Shown here piece after piece: positions 12,697 through 24,563 of a stretch of DNA of 64,000 nucleotides (the first letter of the stretch is position 1; each line of letters opens with the position of its first letter). The DNA lies in the NCBI GenBank assembly GCA_973895155.1, contig OZ316896.1, positions 6,962,232 to 7,026,231 on the forward strand, read 5' to 3'. The notes under the pieces were generated by a model. The model did not search any database, was not told the origin of the DNA, and saw only the letters and a program-made list of their open reading frames with translations. Position numbers and translations under genes: made by a program. The DNA is from Marsupella aquatica (taxonomy: Eukaryota; Plantae; Marchantiophyta).

Positions 12697-14752
12697 TATA
12701 ATCAGATCAGACTGGTTCGTTTCCTTTCGGTTGGGGAGGTATTACACATTCGTATGTTTTTACTTGCCAGCATCGTGCTTGTCGGGTGGTTGTTGTGCAT
12801 ACATGGTCCATTTTCATGAATTTCCGCATACTCTTTGCGATGTGGTGCTTGTCTGTTGCAGACAAGTTCACTGTCGGCTTAGATTTTTCAAGGTGGAGCT
12901 GGAACCGTGTGAGTCTCTCTGCAGCAACTACATGGCAGACGACTTATTTGGATTTTGGTGTTCGGGGCGTCGGGAGTGGGTTTGAGGGGTGTTGGGTTCT
13001 GGTTTGGTGGGGGGAGATGGATATTGAGGGGGGGTGGGGCGGGCGCGGGGGGGGGGGGGGAGGAAGGGTTGGAGGTGCCCTTTTGCACTTTTTTCACCTG
13101 CTTATGGCACCCCCTGTTGTTGTGCTTGCATTAGCAGGCAGGTGACGAGGATAGCCATGTTGCGAAGCGCATTAGAGTCAGACCATCCAAGCGTGCGTCC
13201 AGATTCAATCGATGAAATCTTCTGCTGGAAAGGTCTCTGTAAATCTTCCTCAAGTCCCAGGTTCCACTATCCTTGTCTTATCTCAACTGCAGGGTCTGAA
13301 GGAGGAACACATGTTGGCAACATAGGGTTGTACACAGTGTGACAATTGAGTCAATCTTTTCTGCAAAAGGTGGTAATGGCTGGTATGGAGTGCCATGAGC
13401 ACTGGCGCAGGCTTGCAGGCATTAGTAGATGACTGCCTCCCTGCTGTTTTGTGGCAGATGCAGTTGGAGAGACAAAAAGTACTGTCAGATCTTGTCTCCT
13501 GTCTTGTATGGCTGCATACTGAAACTTTTCGGGACTTTACGGCTGTCGTTCTTGGTTTTAAGGGCAGTGTTCTCATACCCACGGAGGTCCTTTTCAAATA
13601 TTACAGAAAGCCTTATTAACCAAGATCCTCCAAATTCGTGAAAGAGGTGTTGTGAAGTGTGTAACTATCAGCTCTCAGCTCTTTAGTGTTTAGACAGGTT
13701 GTGACGCGGGTTCTTCAGCTGAAGAGAAACCTGAAAGAGAGCGATCTTGTAGAAGTGAGGCTCTATAGAAGGAGTTCGCGTTCAGATTGTACTGGAAGTC
13801 AGAATGATTCATGCTTGATTGACCAGAAAATTCGCTTACAAAAGGAACGTTCCATGACAGCTGGTGAGTCGTCCCACTAGGTGAAACATTTTGGAAGTAC
13901 ATTGTGATATGATAAAGTGGCTGTTACGTTGACACAAAACTAAGCTACGTGATATCTCACACAGGAAGGAATAGAGCAAAGCACACAAACGAACGAAGTT
14001 GGGGTTTTGCTCCATCCTTTTCAACAACCAAAATCTACATTGAAGGCTCTTGGCTGTGGTAAACCAAGCCACCGCTGGGTTTTGGTTGAGTGCTTGGCAC
14101 GCACCTTAGGTGAGATATTTTTACACCACTGATGGCTTCTAGGCTTGGCCTCCTGTGTTGGATCGGTGCCTTCGATTTCATATACTACGAGACTTAGCTC
14201 CTAACTGTCCATTCAGGAATGGTAGAAGAACACCACTAGGCAAATGTTAGAAACGAATGTATATGATCCAAAATTACGGCGCTCTTCTGAGATTTAGGTG
14301 TGGGTGGGGTTTTGTCACGGGTAGTGCATGGGCCGAAATTCCGCCTTCCGCACGCAGGGTTTAGTATTCACTCCGAGCTGAATTAATATGTGAGTTTCCA
14401 AACAAGCCACTCTTGCGAGCTGTTTCTATAACGGTTCATTTTGCTCATAAGGAGTACCGTTCCTGGCTTCGGTATCCGACTGCACTAGGGGAAAAATGGA
14501 GTGAGCCTGTGCACAATATCCGAGTGATTCCTGCTCTAATAACCTTGTTCACCTTGTCCAAACAAGGAACAGTCAAACTGGCAGTTCGAAGGACAACAGA
14601 GTGACATGACTGTTAGTTTAATGAGCAGATTCTGAGCAGTCAGTACGGAAATCAGGGCAAGGGGGTTACGAAGCAATCAGTGTGGTAGTCAGATTTTCTT
14701 CCCCACATGGGCAGACACTATATTCCTTAACTGTGGTCTGAATGTGCCTACA

Positions 14753-15038
14753 TTGGGTTTTGGCTTGGGCCAATAAATTTTGCGATAGGAAGTAACTGTG
14801 TAAAATCATAACGGGCCGTTGGTATGACCATACCACCCTGCTGAATTGTTATTGCTTTTCTGCAAGTCTGCAATGTTGGTTTTGGCTTGGGCCAGTAAAT
14901 TTTGCAATGGGAAGTAACTGTGTGTAAAATCACAACGGCCGTTGGTTTGACCATACCACCCTGCTCAATTGTTAGTGCTTTTCTGCAAGTCTGCAATGAC
15001 CATACCACCCTGCTCAATTGTTAGTGCTTTTCTGCAAT
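14753..15038. repeat. Tandem repeat, ~120-bp unit x2 plus a partial third copy
   Basis: Repeated TTGGCTTGGGCCA.TAAATTTTGC...GACCATACCACCCTGCT.AATTGTTA.TGCTTTTCTGCAA. Confidence 0.85.
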
Positions 15039-16479
15039 ATTGCTGAGTGTTACGACCATGGCCCAGGTCCCAAATTATACATTTTCAAACTATATTTGAA
15101 ACTATGACTGACGATCAAAAACGTAGTGTAATTTTGTGTGAAGAATGATTGAGCTTGGCTGGGAGGGCTTTTGAATCTTCCTGCCCCTGATTCTTCAACA
15201 CTGCAGTCATTGGTTTCAACAAAAATGGGGGAGTCTATGCCCCAGATAGTGCTGATTGTTTTGGAAGGAATTATTCCTGGGCAGATTTTTGCAGCACATG
15301 TCATGTGAGAGTGCATGGTTATCATTGCCCACCACCATGCCCTGTGCACGCTGTTAGGATATTATGGTAGTTTAGGTTCATCATGTAGAGACCATATATG
15401 CAAACTATAGTAGATGTGTTTGATGTTCTCTAAGCAAACATTCTCCTCTTAGTAGCACTTTGGGCAATGTTGGGCAATGTTCTTGTAACAAACCCTGGTT
15501 GTTCTTGAAACAAATAGTTTTTGTTAGGAGCACTCCAAAGCCAGCATACTTAGATTGCTCATTGCACATTCACTTCAATTCTTCTTGAGACTTAGCTTTA
15601 GATTTGCAAGCACTTGGCTATGGCACCTCCACACATTTGAGTATTGGCTATGACTCTTTAGATGCTCCCAGCACATCATGGCATGGTGTTGGTTTTTATA
15701 TGTATTACTCACTCTACATGCTACATACGCATGATTCAAGAAGAACTGTCTTGACGGGATCACATCCGCTGATGTAACAATCTGGTGATTGCTTCATCAA
15801 TCAGATTTGGTTTTGAGGGATAATTGTAGAGTGAAGCACTGAATGTGAAAGATGTTCATGAATAGAGGGAGGTCAATTTGTACAGGGACAGGCCAAACAT
15901 AGGCTTGCAAGTCATCGTCGGTTCTCAAAACATCATTTTGAGCACATACGAGTTCTATTCTGGTCGTAAATCTGCAACCGCTTGACGAGAGTTGGAGATT
16001 TTAGCATGGTTGGAAAGCTCTCATCGAGATGTACAAAATTGATATAAAGAACTCCAAAAACAAGACTCTATCAAGTGAGATATAGCCGCCGACATTTTGA
16101 CTTCACCAAAACGCAATTTCGGGACAATTTCATGAATTTTCAACTTCAATCTCTACTGTTTGCTTCAACTACTTGAGGCTTGTAGGGGCTCATTAGGAGA
16201 GTCCTTGAGTGCTTCATCTCCTCATGATTATCTCACATAGAGTTATCTATTAGCAAGAGAGATGTGTGTTGAAGAGTTGAAACACCTTCATCCACATTTT
16301 AGGGATTTGGTCTCTATTTTGACAACAGAGGAAGAATGATTGATCTCTTTGAGCATGTCATATCAGCATGAGCTCAAGTGACTCTAACAGGGATCCATGA
16401 CGGCCATACCATCTTCAAAGTTACCCGCGCCCGTTAGAGACTATCCCTCTCAAATCATCTAGATCATTTAGAAGGAGGT

Positions 16480-17395
16480 GCAGTCTGGCATGATGGTGAA
16501 GAGGTACATCTCTGTGGACACTGACCCATATCCCAGGAAGGTGGGCTCAATCACAAATGCTGGAATTTTCAGCTAGGTTCCCACGGCAAGTTCCACCTAG
16601 TGGAAGGCAAGCTTCACTCTCTTTCCTCCTGATGTTCAGTTGATACAGCAGCAACACATAGAGCTACTTGGTTCCTTGGACCTCATCATTGTTGGATGGG
16701 AATGCCAAGGCTTCTCTGTTGCAGATTTTGGAGCTGGTTTGAGTGATCCCCGGTCAGCACTCTTCATGGACCCGGCACATATACTCAACTAGGCCTAAGC
16801 TCTCTACCCTGGTGTTGGTTATCTCATTGAGAACACACCCTCTCAATTTAACCGGTGAAAGAACATCCAAGAGGATTTTCTTGTGGTCCAACACTATCTT
16901 GGTCCACTGTTCTTGATTGATGCAGCTCAGTGTGGGTCTTATGCGCATCGTTTGCATAATTTTTGGACCAATCTTGCACCAGTTAGCTTACTACAATTGG
17001 CTCTAAAACATACGGTCAGGGACCCTACATTATAGGTGGACCAGATTTTGGATGCTAAAAGCTCTTGTCGTCAACCAGTCACTTGGCAAGAGAGAGCACC
17101 TTGGTACCCTGCTAACACCATTTGGGGGGGGGAGCCAAGAGGTGTTTGGCCTACCTTTGGTTCATTTCCTGGCGGGCCTTCCAAGGGCATTGATTAGGGC
17201 TGGTCTACCATCACACTCTGGATACATGGGATGAGCCAAGTCCGTAGGAGCGAGAGCGAGCTATGGGTTTCCAAACTGGCACTTCTGGTCATGTCATGTC
17301 TGTCACTTCTTGGCAGAGCCATGGATCTTAATGCTTTAACATGGCTTTTGGTTACCTGTATTCTTTTTCAGATGCATTATGTTCCTACTAAGGGT
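16480..17395 (+). pseudogene. DNMT3-like C5 cytosine methyltransferase domain (copy B, motifs II-X)
   Basis: Manual translation: RYISVDTD (II, 16502), PPDV (III), LDLIIVGWECQGFS (IV, 16676-16717), GLSDPRSALF (V), YLIENTP (VI, 16820), IDAAQCGSYAHRLHNFWTNL (VIII, 16916), ERERAMGFQTG (IX, 17248), LLGRAMDLNAL (X, 17306). Several stops and frameshifts. Confidence 0.9.
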
Positions 17396-17631
17396 GACTT
17401 GGCCTCTAGCCTTAATGATGTTCTTACTTGGCACCCTAATGAAGTACATTTACCCGTCCTCTCCACTCTATGTTTCACTCCTAGTGTTGAGGGGGAGAGG
17501 TACCCTATAATGTGACTGAAATTTCAAAATCAGAGCATGGCATGGACCAGATCACACCTGGCAACGAGGCAAGGACATCAGGTTCCTCTAGTACACCCGC
17601 TAGCTCTACGCCATGCGTTGCAAATTCCCAG

Positions 17632-18437
17632 TTTGTGATGGATAATCAGTTGAGTAAGAAGCAACGGGATCTGGTACTGATTTGAGCTATGAGGATGTGT
17701 TTGCTTTCTCAATGAGAGACTTGGGCAAGTGCAAGGTGATGCAATTCTTCATTGAGCTGACCAATGAGAGACCTCTTTATCGGCAGAGACACCAGTTGAG
17801 CAAGCATGAGTGGCAGCTGGTGGATGAGAGATGCAAAAGAGCTTTATGAAGCAGGTAGCCCTCCAACTCTGACTTTGCAGCGGCTATAATGATGTCAGCA
17901 AAGAAAGATTCTAGTGGACTATGGACAAAGAAGAGGATGTGTGGGGACTACAAGCCACTCAATCTGGTCACAACTCAAGACAAGTACCCCATGCCTATCG
18001 CTGAAGAGCTCTTTGACTCCATTGGAGATTCTGATATCTTTACCCTCGTAAACTTGAGGCAAGGCTTCAACCAGATCATTATTCTGGCTGAGGACCGTAA
18101 GAAGACAGCTTTTCATTGGAGCAATCGATTGTGGGAATGGCTGGTGATGCCATTTGGACTGAAGAATGCACCCGTCTTCTTTCAACGGGTGATGGATCAA
18201 GTACTAGAAGGTGCTAATTTCTTGAAATGCTATATTGATAATGTGTTAGTTCACAACAAGGGTTTTGAGCAACACTTATTACGCCGTGGGGAGCTGTTCA
18301 TGAGGCTAAGAAATGTTAATATGAAGGTCCATCCCAAGAAATGTGAATTTGTTGTTATCTCACTGGTCTACCTTGGGCATCAAATTATTCCAAATGACAT
18401 TATGGCTCATTGGGCTAAAGTGGTGTTGATTCTTGCA
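17632..18437 (+). pseudogene. Ty3/Gypsy reverse transcriptase (decayed, 3' truncated)
   Basis: YEDVFAFSMRDLG...KKRMCGDYKPLN, DKYPMP, LRQGFNQI, KTAF, MPFGLKNAPVFFQRVM, YIDN (degenerate YxDD), HPKKCEF, YLGH. Confidence 0.93.
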
Positions 18438-19020
18438 ATTTGTGGTAGCTCAAATTGGGTGTTGTTACTGAATGGATTGCTGGTATCTCGATCTATCGCA
18501 AGTTGGTGCGACGCTTGCGTAGTTCAAGTGAAGCTTCAAGTTGTTGTTGCTAAGTTGCGGTTTTGGAGTTGCAGTCTTCATCGATATGCATAGCTGCATC
18601 GTGGAGGACTGATTGTGTGATTGACAAGCGAATGTTGCTGTCGACAATTGTGTGCAAGACAGATGATGGCGTCTAATCCTATTTTGTGAAGGGAAAGTAG
18701 TCGGATGTGCGACTCTTTGTGGTTTTGATTGATGCAGTTTGATTGGGAGCCCAACAGTTGATTATGTTTACAATTTTTGTAGGATGCAGCTCTGGTTTGC
18801 ATCAAGTTCCTTGTTGACGGATAGTGCATTTCTATGAAGGAAACGACGTTGAATGTTGGTGAATTGTGTTGGCGGCGCGCGACAAGATAAGGCGTCGCGG
18901 AGAGGCAAGGTGGCTGTGACTTAGGGCACAAAGGAAACAACAAATAAAGAATAGTGATTTTCCCGTCAATTGCGGTGTGTTTAGCGTATGACTTGAGCAA
19001 AGAGAGTCTTGGTGAGGAGG

Positions 19021-19150
19021 CACCCATAGCCCACGGCCTGTGGCCAATTCATCTTGGTTGTGTGGGTTGGCACCCACAGCGCACAGCCTATGGCTGATTC
19101 ATCTTGTTTGTGTGGGTAGGTACCCACAGCCCACAACCTGTGGCCTAGGG
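19021..19150. repeat. 50-bp tandem repeat x~2.5 in a retroelement leader
   Basis: Unit (C/T)ACCCA(C/T)AGC.CAC..CCT.TGGC..ATTCATCTTG.TTGTGTGGGT.GG, directly upstream of the gag ORF. Confidence 0.8.
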
Positions 19151-19223
19151 TTTTGGAATCACGAAGTCTTCCAATAATGCAAAGCTACTTTGTGAACAAC
19201 GAACGTGTTTCACTCAAAGTGGA

Positions 19224-21345
19224 GTGCAGTTTTGGCCAACGACATTGCTAGCAGATACCAGTGGAGCTTTAGATAGTGATTATGACGAGGGCTCTGTAGC
19301 CAACTCACCTCATCATCAGGTAGTTGCACCATTGTTGTGGGATATGGAGAAGACATATGGGTCCATTAAGTGCCCTAGGAGATACTCTGGTGCAGTTGAC
19401 ACAATTGATTTGGATTATTTCATCCAAGAGTTTGATACGTTGTGTGATATGCAAACAATGTGTAATGCCACATTGTTTACACCTTTCATGGCATGGAAAA
19501 GGTTGTTTCAGCATTTGAAGGGTCCACCCATGGATGATTACCATGAGTTTCAAAAGATCCATTTGACTGACATTGAGATATGGAGACAACATTGGTCACC
19601 AAACTATGTGTCCATCATTTACGGCGCACGTGCGGTTTCTCAACCTATTGCCCCAACTGTTGCTGCTTCTAGTAGCACTAGTCAGAGTGACACTCCACCA
19701 GCATCCACCATTACTCCTACCGGTGCAATTCTTGCTGGGAGTGGAGTTGTGCCAATATTTAACCCTATGGTTAAGTTTTTTGATGTGTTGAAGTAGAACT
19801 ACTAGGGTGTGAGAACTGATAAGTTGAAGGGTCTTCAAAATTTTCAGCGCAAGATTGGAGAGAGCGTCTACGCAAAGCATACACTCATATGCGAAGATTA
19901 ATTACAGTTACCAAGGGAGTGATAGAGGCCCAAGCAATTCAATTTTGGATAGAGAGTTGCAGTGTAGAGTGGTCCCACATTGGTTGTTGTTTTTGCACTT
20001 GCTAAGCGCATTGAGCTCAATATGATGAATGAAAAGGTGGTGACTTTCAGATTTGTCAAAGAAGGCTCACCAAAGGTTGCATCTACACCCACAATGCAAT
20101 CTACTACAAAGAAGAGTCAGAGGGAGAAGCCTACAACATGGGAATCTATTAGTCAGAGACCTGTGCCCTCCTATGTTGGACAGCAGTCAGGATGTTGGAC
20201 CTGTGATGGGGATCATGCTCAAAGATATTGCCAGGATAATAGAGGGTCCAGAGGGACATCTATGCCCGATCAACGATTATGTGATCATTGTGGAGTTTCT
20301 GGTCACACCAAGGATAGGTGTTTTATACTCCATCCTGAACTACGATGGGGAGGATTGCGTACGTATGATCAAGGAAGAGGAGGTAGAGGTGGTGGTCGCG
20401 GCCGAGGTATGCCACATGCAGGGAGATAAGGAGGTGATACTCCTGCCACCATAGATCCAAAGGATGCAAAGATTGCTCAATTGGAGCAACAACTAGCTGC
20501 CATGGTAAGTTTGCAGATTAGACCTACTTCTGGTGATGGAGCTTCTACATCTTATGGAGCTGACGGAGACTTGACCACCATGGGATTCATGTGTGGCACT
20601 GCCCATGTTGATGCATTGACAGCTTTGACTCGAGGAGCAACCAAAGCCCTTGATCCCCGAGGAGCAATGGTAGATTTGGATCCTCAAAGGGGGGAGGCTC
20701 GTTGTCAAATGAAGCTTCCCAATTGTTTACATTGTTAGAGGCAGTTCACACTATCTCTATGAACCCGATTAAGACAAATCCAAGTGTTGATAAGTTGGTA
20801 GAATTGGATGATGTTGCAACAAGGCTAGCAAGTACCTCACTGGGGACGACCACTAACATTGTGCACACCCCGTTATTTTCAGCAACAGATATATTGGCAT
20901 TGGGAGTTAGTCCAGCTGAAGTGTTCAGATTGGCAACCACATTATGTGAAGACACTCCAGTTGCTGCTTCTTGTGCAGAGACTGCATAATTCTGAAGTTG
21001 TGGAGTTGATTCCACCTATTGCTAGTGGTGAAACATGGCAAGCAACAGCGGCGAGGTTGATGGAGTTACCAGCATGTCCTGCCTTTGAGAGAACTAGGTT
21101 TAAAGCTAGTGTGGTATCATTGGACAATCAAAGTGATGTCTTTCGATTAGTTGGGCCTTTTGGAGCAATATACCAGCCAAAACAAGTGTTATTGGATACT
21201 GGTGCTTAGCCCTTGATGTTGGGTAAGTCTGCGATACAAAGATTGGGATTGCATCCAAATGATTTGGAGGAGTGTCCCTTTCCCATTCAGATTTCATTGG
21301 GAGTACCTACACCCAAACAACATATCACCAGACGAGCACTTGAAC
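19224..21345 (+). mobile_element. Decayed gag-protease region of an LTR retrotransposon
   Basis: Gag-like ORF 19224-19796. Two CCHC knuckles, CWTCDGDHAQRYC and CDHCGVSGHTKDRC, and an RGG box. Aspartic protease VLLDTGA* near 21187-21209. Cut by a LINE at ~21347. Confidence 0.85.
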
Positions 21346-21346
21346 T

Positions 21347-22142
21347 TAGGGTTCAAGAAGATATCATCTTAAGGAGCAAGCCTTTCCACTTGGAAGTTGA
21401 AGAAACCACTCTTCAATTCCTTGGTAAGGCCTTTTATTCTTTATGGGGTGCAAGTATGGGGCCCTTCTACTTCTCAATCTTGTTGGAAAAAGGTAGAGGC
21501 TATCCAAAAGCTTTTCTTGGAGATGGAGCTTGGAGTGAAAACCCAAACCCCATACCCCATACCCCTTGTTATTGGCTGAGGTAGGTCTTCTACCATTGGA
21601 GGTTGAAGCTCTCTATCACACTCTTCAATATGCTAGGAGAGTGGAGGCGTTGAATGATTCTAGGCTACCTACGCAAGCCTTTCACATATCTAGAGCTTTT
21701 GGTTGGTATGCTGATGTATGTAGCTGGGCCCAATCATGGGACTTATCTGAGCATGAGTGACATACTCAACCAAAGAAGCTTTGGTCACTCTTGCGTGATA
21801 AAGCTATTAGAAAACTTTGGAGTGATCCTAGCCCTAGATTACAGTATTTTATGAGGGATGTAAACCCCATGATGTTGTATGAAGAACAAGAGTATCTTAG
21901 AGCTCTCCCATTTCTATGAGGTTGAGACAAGTGATTGCTAGATATAGACTCAGCTCACATCACTTGGAGGTAGAGGAGGGTAGATGGAAGGGAATTAGGA
22001 GGCAGGATAGGGTGTGTAGACTTTGTGATAGTGGTAGCATTGAGAATGAATATCATGTATTCATAGCATGTAGACGGTATGAGGAGGTATTGGGTCATCA
22101 TGGAGCTTAGAATTTGACTTTGACTTTGACTTTGACTTTGAC
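21347..22142 (+). mobile_element. RTE-X-like LINE fragment with a (TTTGAC)5 tail
   Basis: LFNSLVRPFILYGVQVWG, LAEVGLLPL and RLSSHHLEVEEGRW...CRLC...ENEYHVFIACRRY. Internal deletion after 22088. Tail at 22113-22142. Confidence 0.85.
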
Positions 22143-24284
22143 TGGGCAACAGAAGAAGGAGCAACAGTGGGAGTTGGCTGGTGCCTCAAGTTCTTTCGCT
22201 CTGGAAACTTGGAGAAACATACACTTGAAGAAGATTGTAAGAATCCCCATGTTGTGCAAGGACCTGATGTAGCACCTGCAAATGGAATGAAGGGTTACTC
22301 TCAATCGCATCAAGATAATGATTTGTAGCCTCTTGGTCTGTGATACTGTTGGTATCCTCCTTCAACTTGAGCAATGGTTGGTACATCATCTTCAACGTTT
22401 CATCCTTCTGCCGCATGAATGTAGCAAGCTGCATTATCTTCTTTGAGCTCTTCACTGGAAATTCCTGTTCAAGAATTTGAAAGAACTCATCCACTAGATC
22501 AGGATACACTGGTGTATCAACAGTGGGAGAGATGCCTGTAGTAGCTAGAGCAAGCTCAGCTGGACTCAATACCACTGTAGTGGGTGCTGGCGAAGGTGCA
22601 CTACTAGATGAAGAAGCGGCAGCAGTAGCAGCATGCGCTGAAATGGCAGCTTGTAGTGTTGTCTGGTGGGCACCGGCTATGGCAGCAGCGCAAGCAGGAT
22701 TTGGGGTTTGAGTGACACCCAATAATCGCCTCGAGTGTTGTTGGTACACGTCCAATGCCTCATGGTGCACATATCTTGCCAATTGTTTGAATGCAAAGGC
22801 AGCAGTGTAGTGGCTCAAGTACTTGAGCTTTAACTCATACACAACTGTGTAGAATGCTGCTTTGAATTCCCGTAGAGAAATGGTGCCAAGCCGACCACTA
22901 AACTTCCTGATTTTTCTGGATGAGCTGCTAACCTCCATCCCGTACACTGGTGGAATTGTTGATGTCGACAGCGGAGCTGGGAATGTGATGGTCGGAGCTG
23001 AAAGAGGTGTGTACAGGCCTGATTGTGGTTGAATAGACGATTGAGGAACCTGATATGATGTAGTTGTTGGAATCACCTGATGTGAGCTTCCTGCCCCGAC
23101 AGATCCTTCTAAATGATCTAGATGATTTGAGAGGGATAGTCTCTAACGGGCGTGGGTCACTTCGGCAATGGTATGGCCGCCATTTATCCCTGTTAGAGTC
23201 ACCTGAGCTCATGCTGATGTGACATGCTCAAAGAGATCAATCAGTCTTCCTCTAAACCTCAAAATAGAGACCAAATCCCTAAAATCTGCATGAAGGTGTT
23301 CCAACTCTTCAACACATATATCTCTCTGGTAATAGATAACGACATGTGAGATAATCATGAGGAGATGAAGCACTCACAGACGCCCGCACAGACGCTCCTA
23401 ATGAGCCCTTACATGCCCCAAGTTGTTGACGCAAACAGGAGAGATCAAAGTCGGAAATTCGCAAAATTGTCCTGAAATTGCATTTCGGTGAAGTCAAAAT
23501 GTTGGCAATTGTATCTCACTTGATAGAGCTTCATTTTTGGAATTCTTTATATTGATCTTGCACGACTCGATGAGAGCTTTCTAACCATGCTAAAATCTCC
23601 TAATCTCGTCAATCAGTTGAAGAGTTACGACCAGAATAGATCTCAGATGTGCTCAAAATGGCGTTTTGAGAACTGACGATAATTTGAAAGTTTGTGTTCA
23701 AACTGTCCCTGTACAAGTCGACCTCCCTCTATTCATGAACATCTTTCACATTCAGTGAACTCTACAATTATCACTCAAAACCAAATTTGATTGATGAAGA
23801 TTGCACCAGATTGCCACATCGGCGGATGTAATCCTATCAAGATAGTTCTTCTTGAGTAATTTTTATGTAGCATGTAGAGTGAGTAGTACATAGGAAAAAC
23901 CAGCAGCATGCCATGATGTGTTGGGAGTATCTAAAGAGTCATAGCCAATCCTCAAATGTGTGGAGGTGCCATAGCTAAGTGCTTGCAATGCTAAAGCTAA
24001 GACTCAAGAAGAACTGAAGTGAATGTGCAATGAGCAATCTAAGTATGTTGGCTCTGGAGTGCTCCTAACAAAGACTATTTGCTTCAAGAACAACCAGGGT
24101 TTGCTACAAGAACATTGCCCAAAGTGCTACTAAGAGGAGAATGCTTGCTTAGAGAAAACCAAGCACATCTATTATAGCTTGCATATATGGCCTCTAAATG
24201 ATGAACCTAAACTACCATAATATCCTAGTGGGCATGCACAAGGCATGGTGATGGGCGATGATAACCATGCACTCTTGCACGACA
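22143..24284 (-). mobile_element. Inverted sister copy of the 15299 element: LTR/leader plus gag (ORF 23076-22186)
   Basis: Reverse-complement homology to 15299-16476, starting TGTCG at 24284. It continues into a 296-aa gag-like ORF (RKFSGRLGTISLREFKAAF...EALDVY...RQKDETLKMMY). Confidence 0.85.
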
Positions 24285-24563
24285 AATCTGGGAATTGTCA
24301 TCATGGTAAATTGAGGGCTTTGCAAGGCTGGATTGCCTGGTGGGTTGTTTGTTGGTGACAATGGGGAAACTACTTCTAACTGGTAAGTGAACTAAACCAC
24401 TTTAGTTGGCTAGCAAGGTCGCTAGCATTCTGGTCAAGTGAGAATTTATGTTTGGGACCTTTTATCATGATACACAATCTTATGTTGTTTGTGTATTTTT
24501 AGACTCAAACAACAAAGGAGTAAGCATTGATGCCAAATTGTACTAGAGTAGAATCTGTACATG

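Larger units (their letters stand above)
15299..18437 (+). mobile_element. Internally deleted Ty3/Gypsy LTR retrotransposon carrying a DNMT3-like domain upstream of RT
   Basis: Starts TGTCA at 15299. 15299-16476 is homologous to the inverted copy at 23104-24284. Homology breaks after AGATCATTTAGAAGGA and the sequence jumps into the MTase, then a linker, then RT. Possible LTR end (..ACA) at 15779 with TGGT at 15783. Confidence 0.85.

Noticed and set aside
14753-15038. CRISPR-like array (also considered 19021-19150, 48334-48500 and 58886-59001)
   Set aside because: These are head-to-tail duplications without unique spacers, there are no cas genes, and the context is eukaryotic.
16480-17395. 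Host DNMT3/DRM gene or bacterial restriction-modification methylase
   Set aside because: It is intronless, lacks N-terminal regulatory domains, has unpermuted motifs and sits between a retroelement leader and RT. There is no prokaryotic gene context.
17487-17520. PPT plus LTR start between the MTase and RT
   Set aside because: The purine run is followed by a reading frame open into RT and no LTR homology, so it is better explained as polyprotein linker.
15299-24284. One DNA transposon with 1.2-kb TIRs
   Set aside because: There is no matching TSD, and each arm continues inward into retroelement coding sequence, so these are two inverted LTR-element copies.
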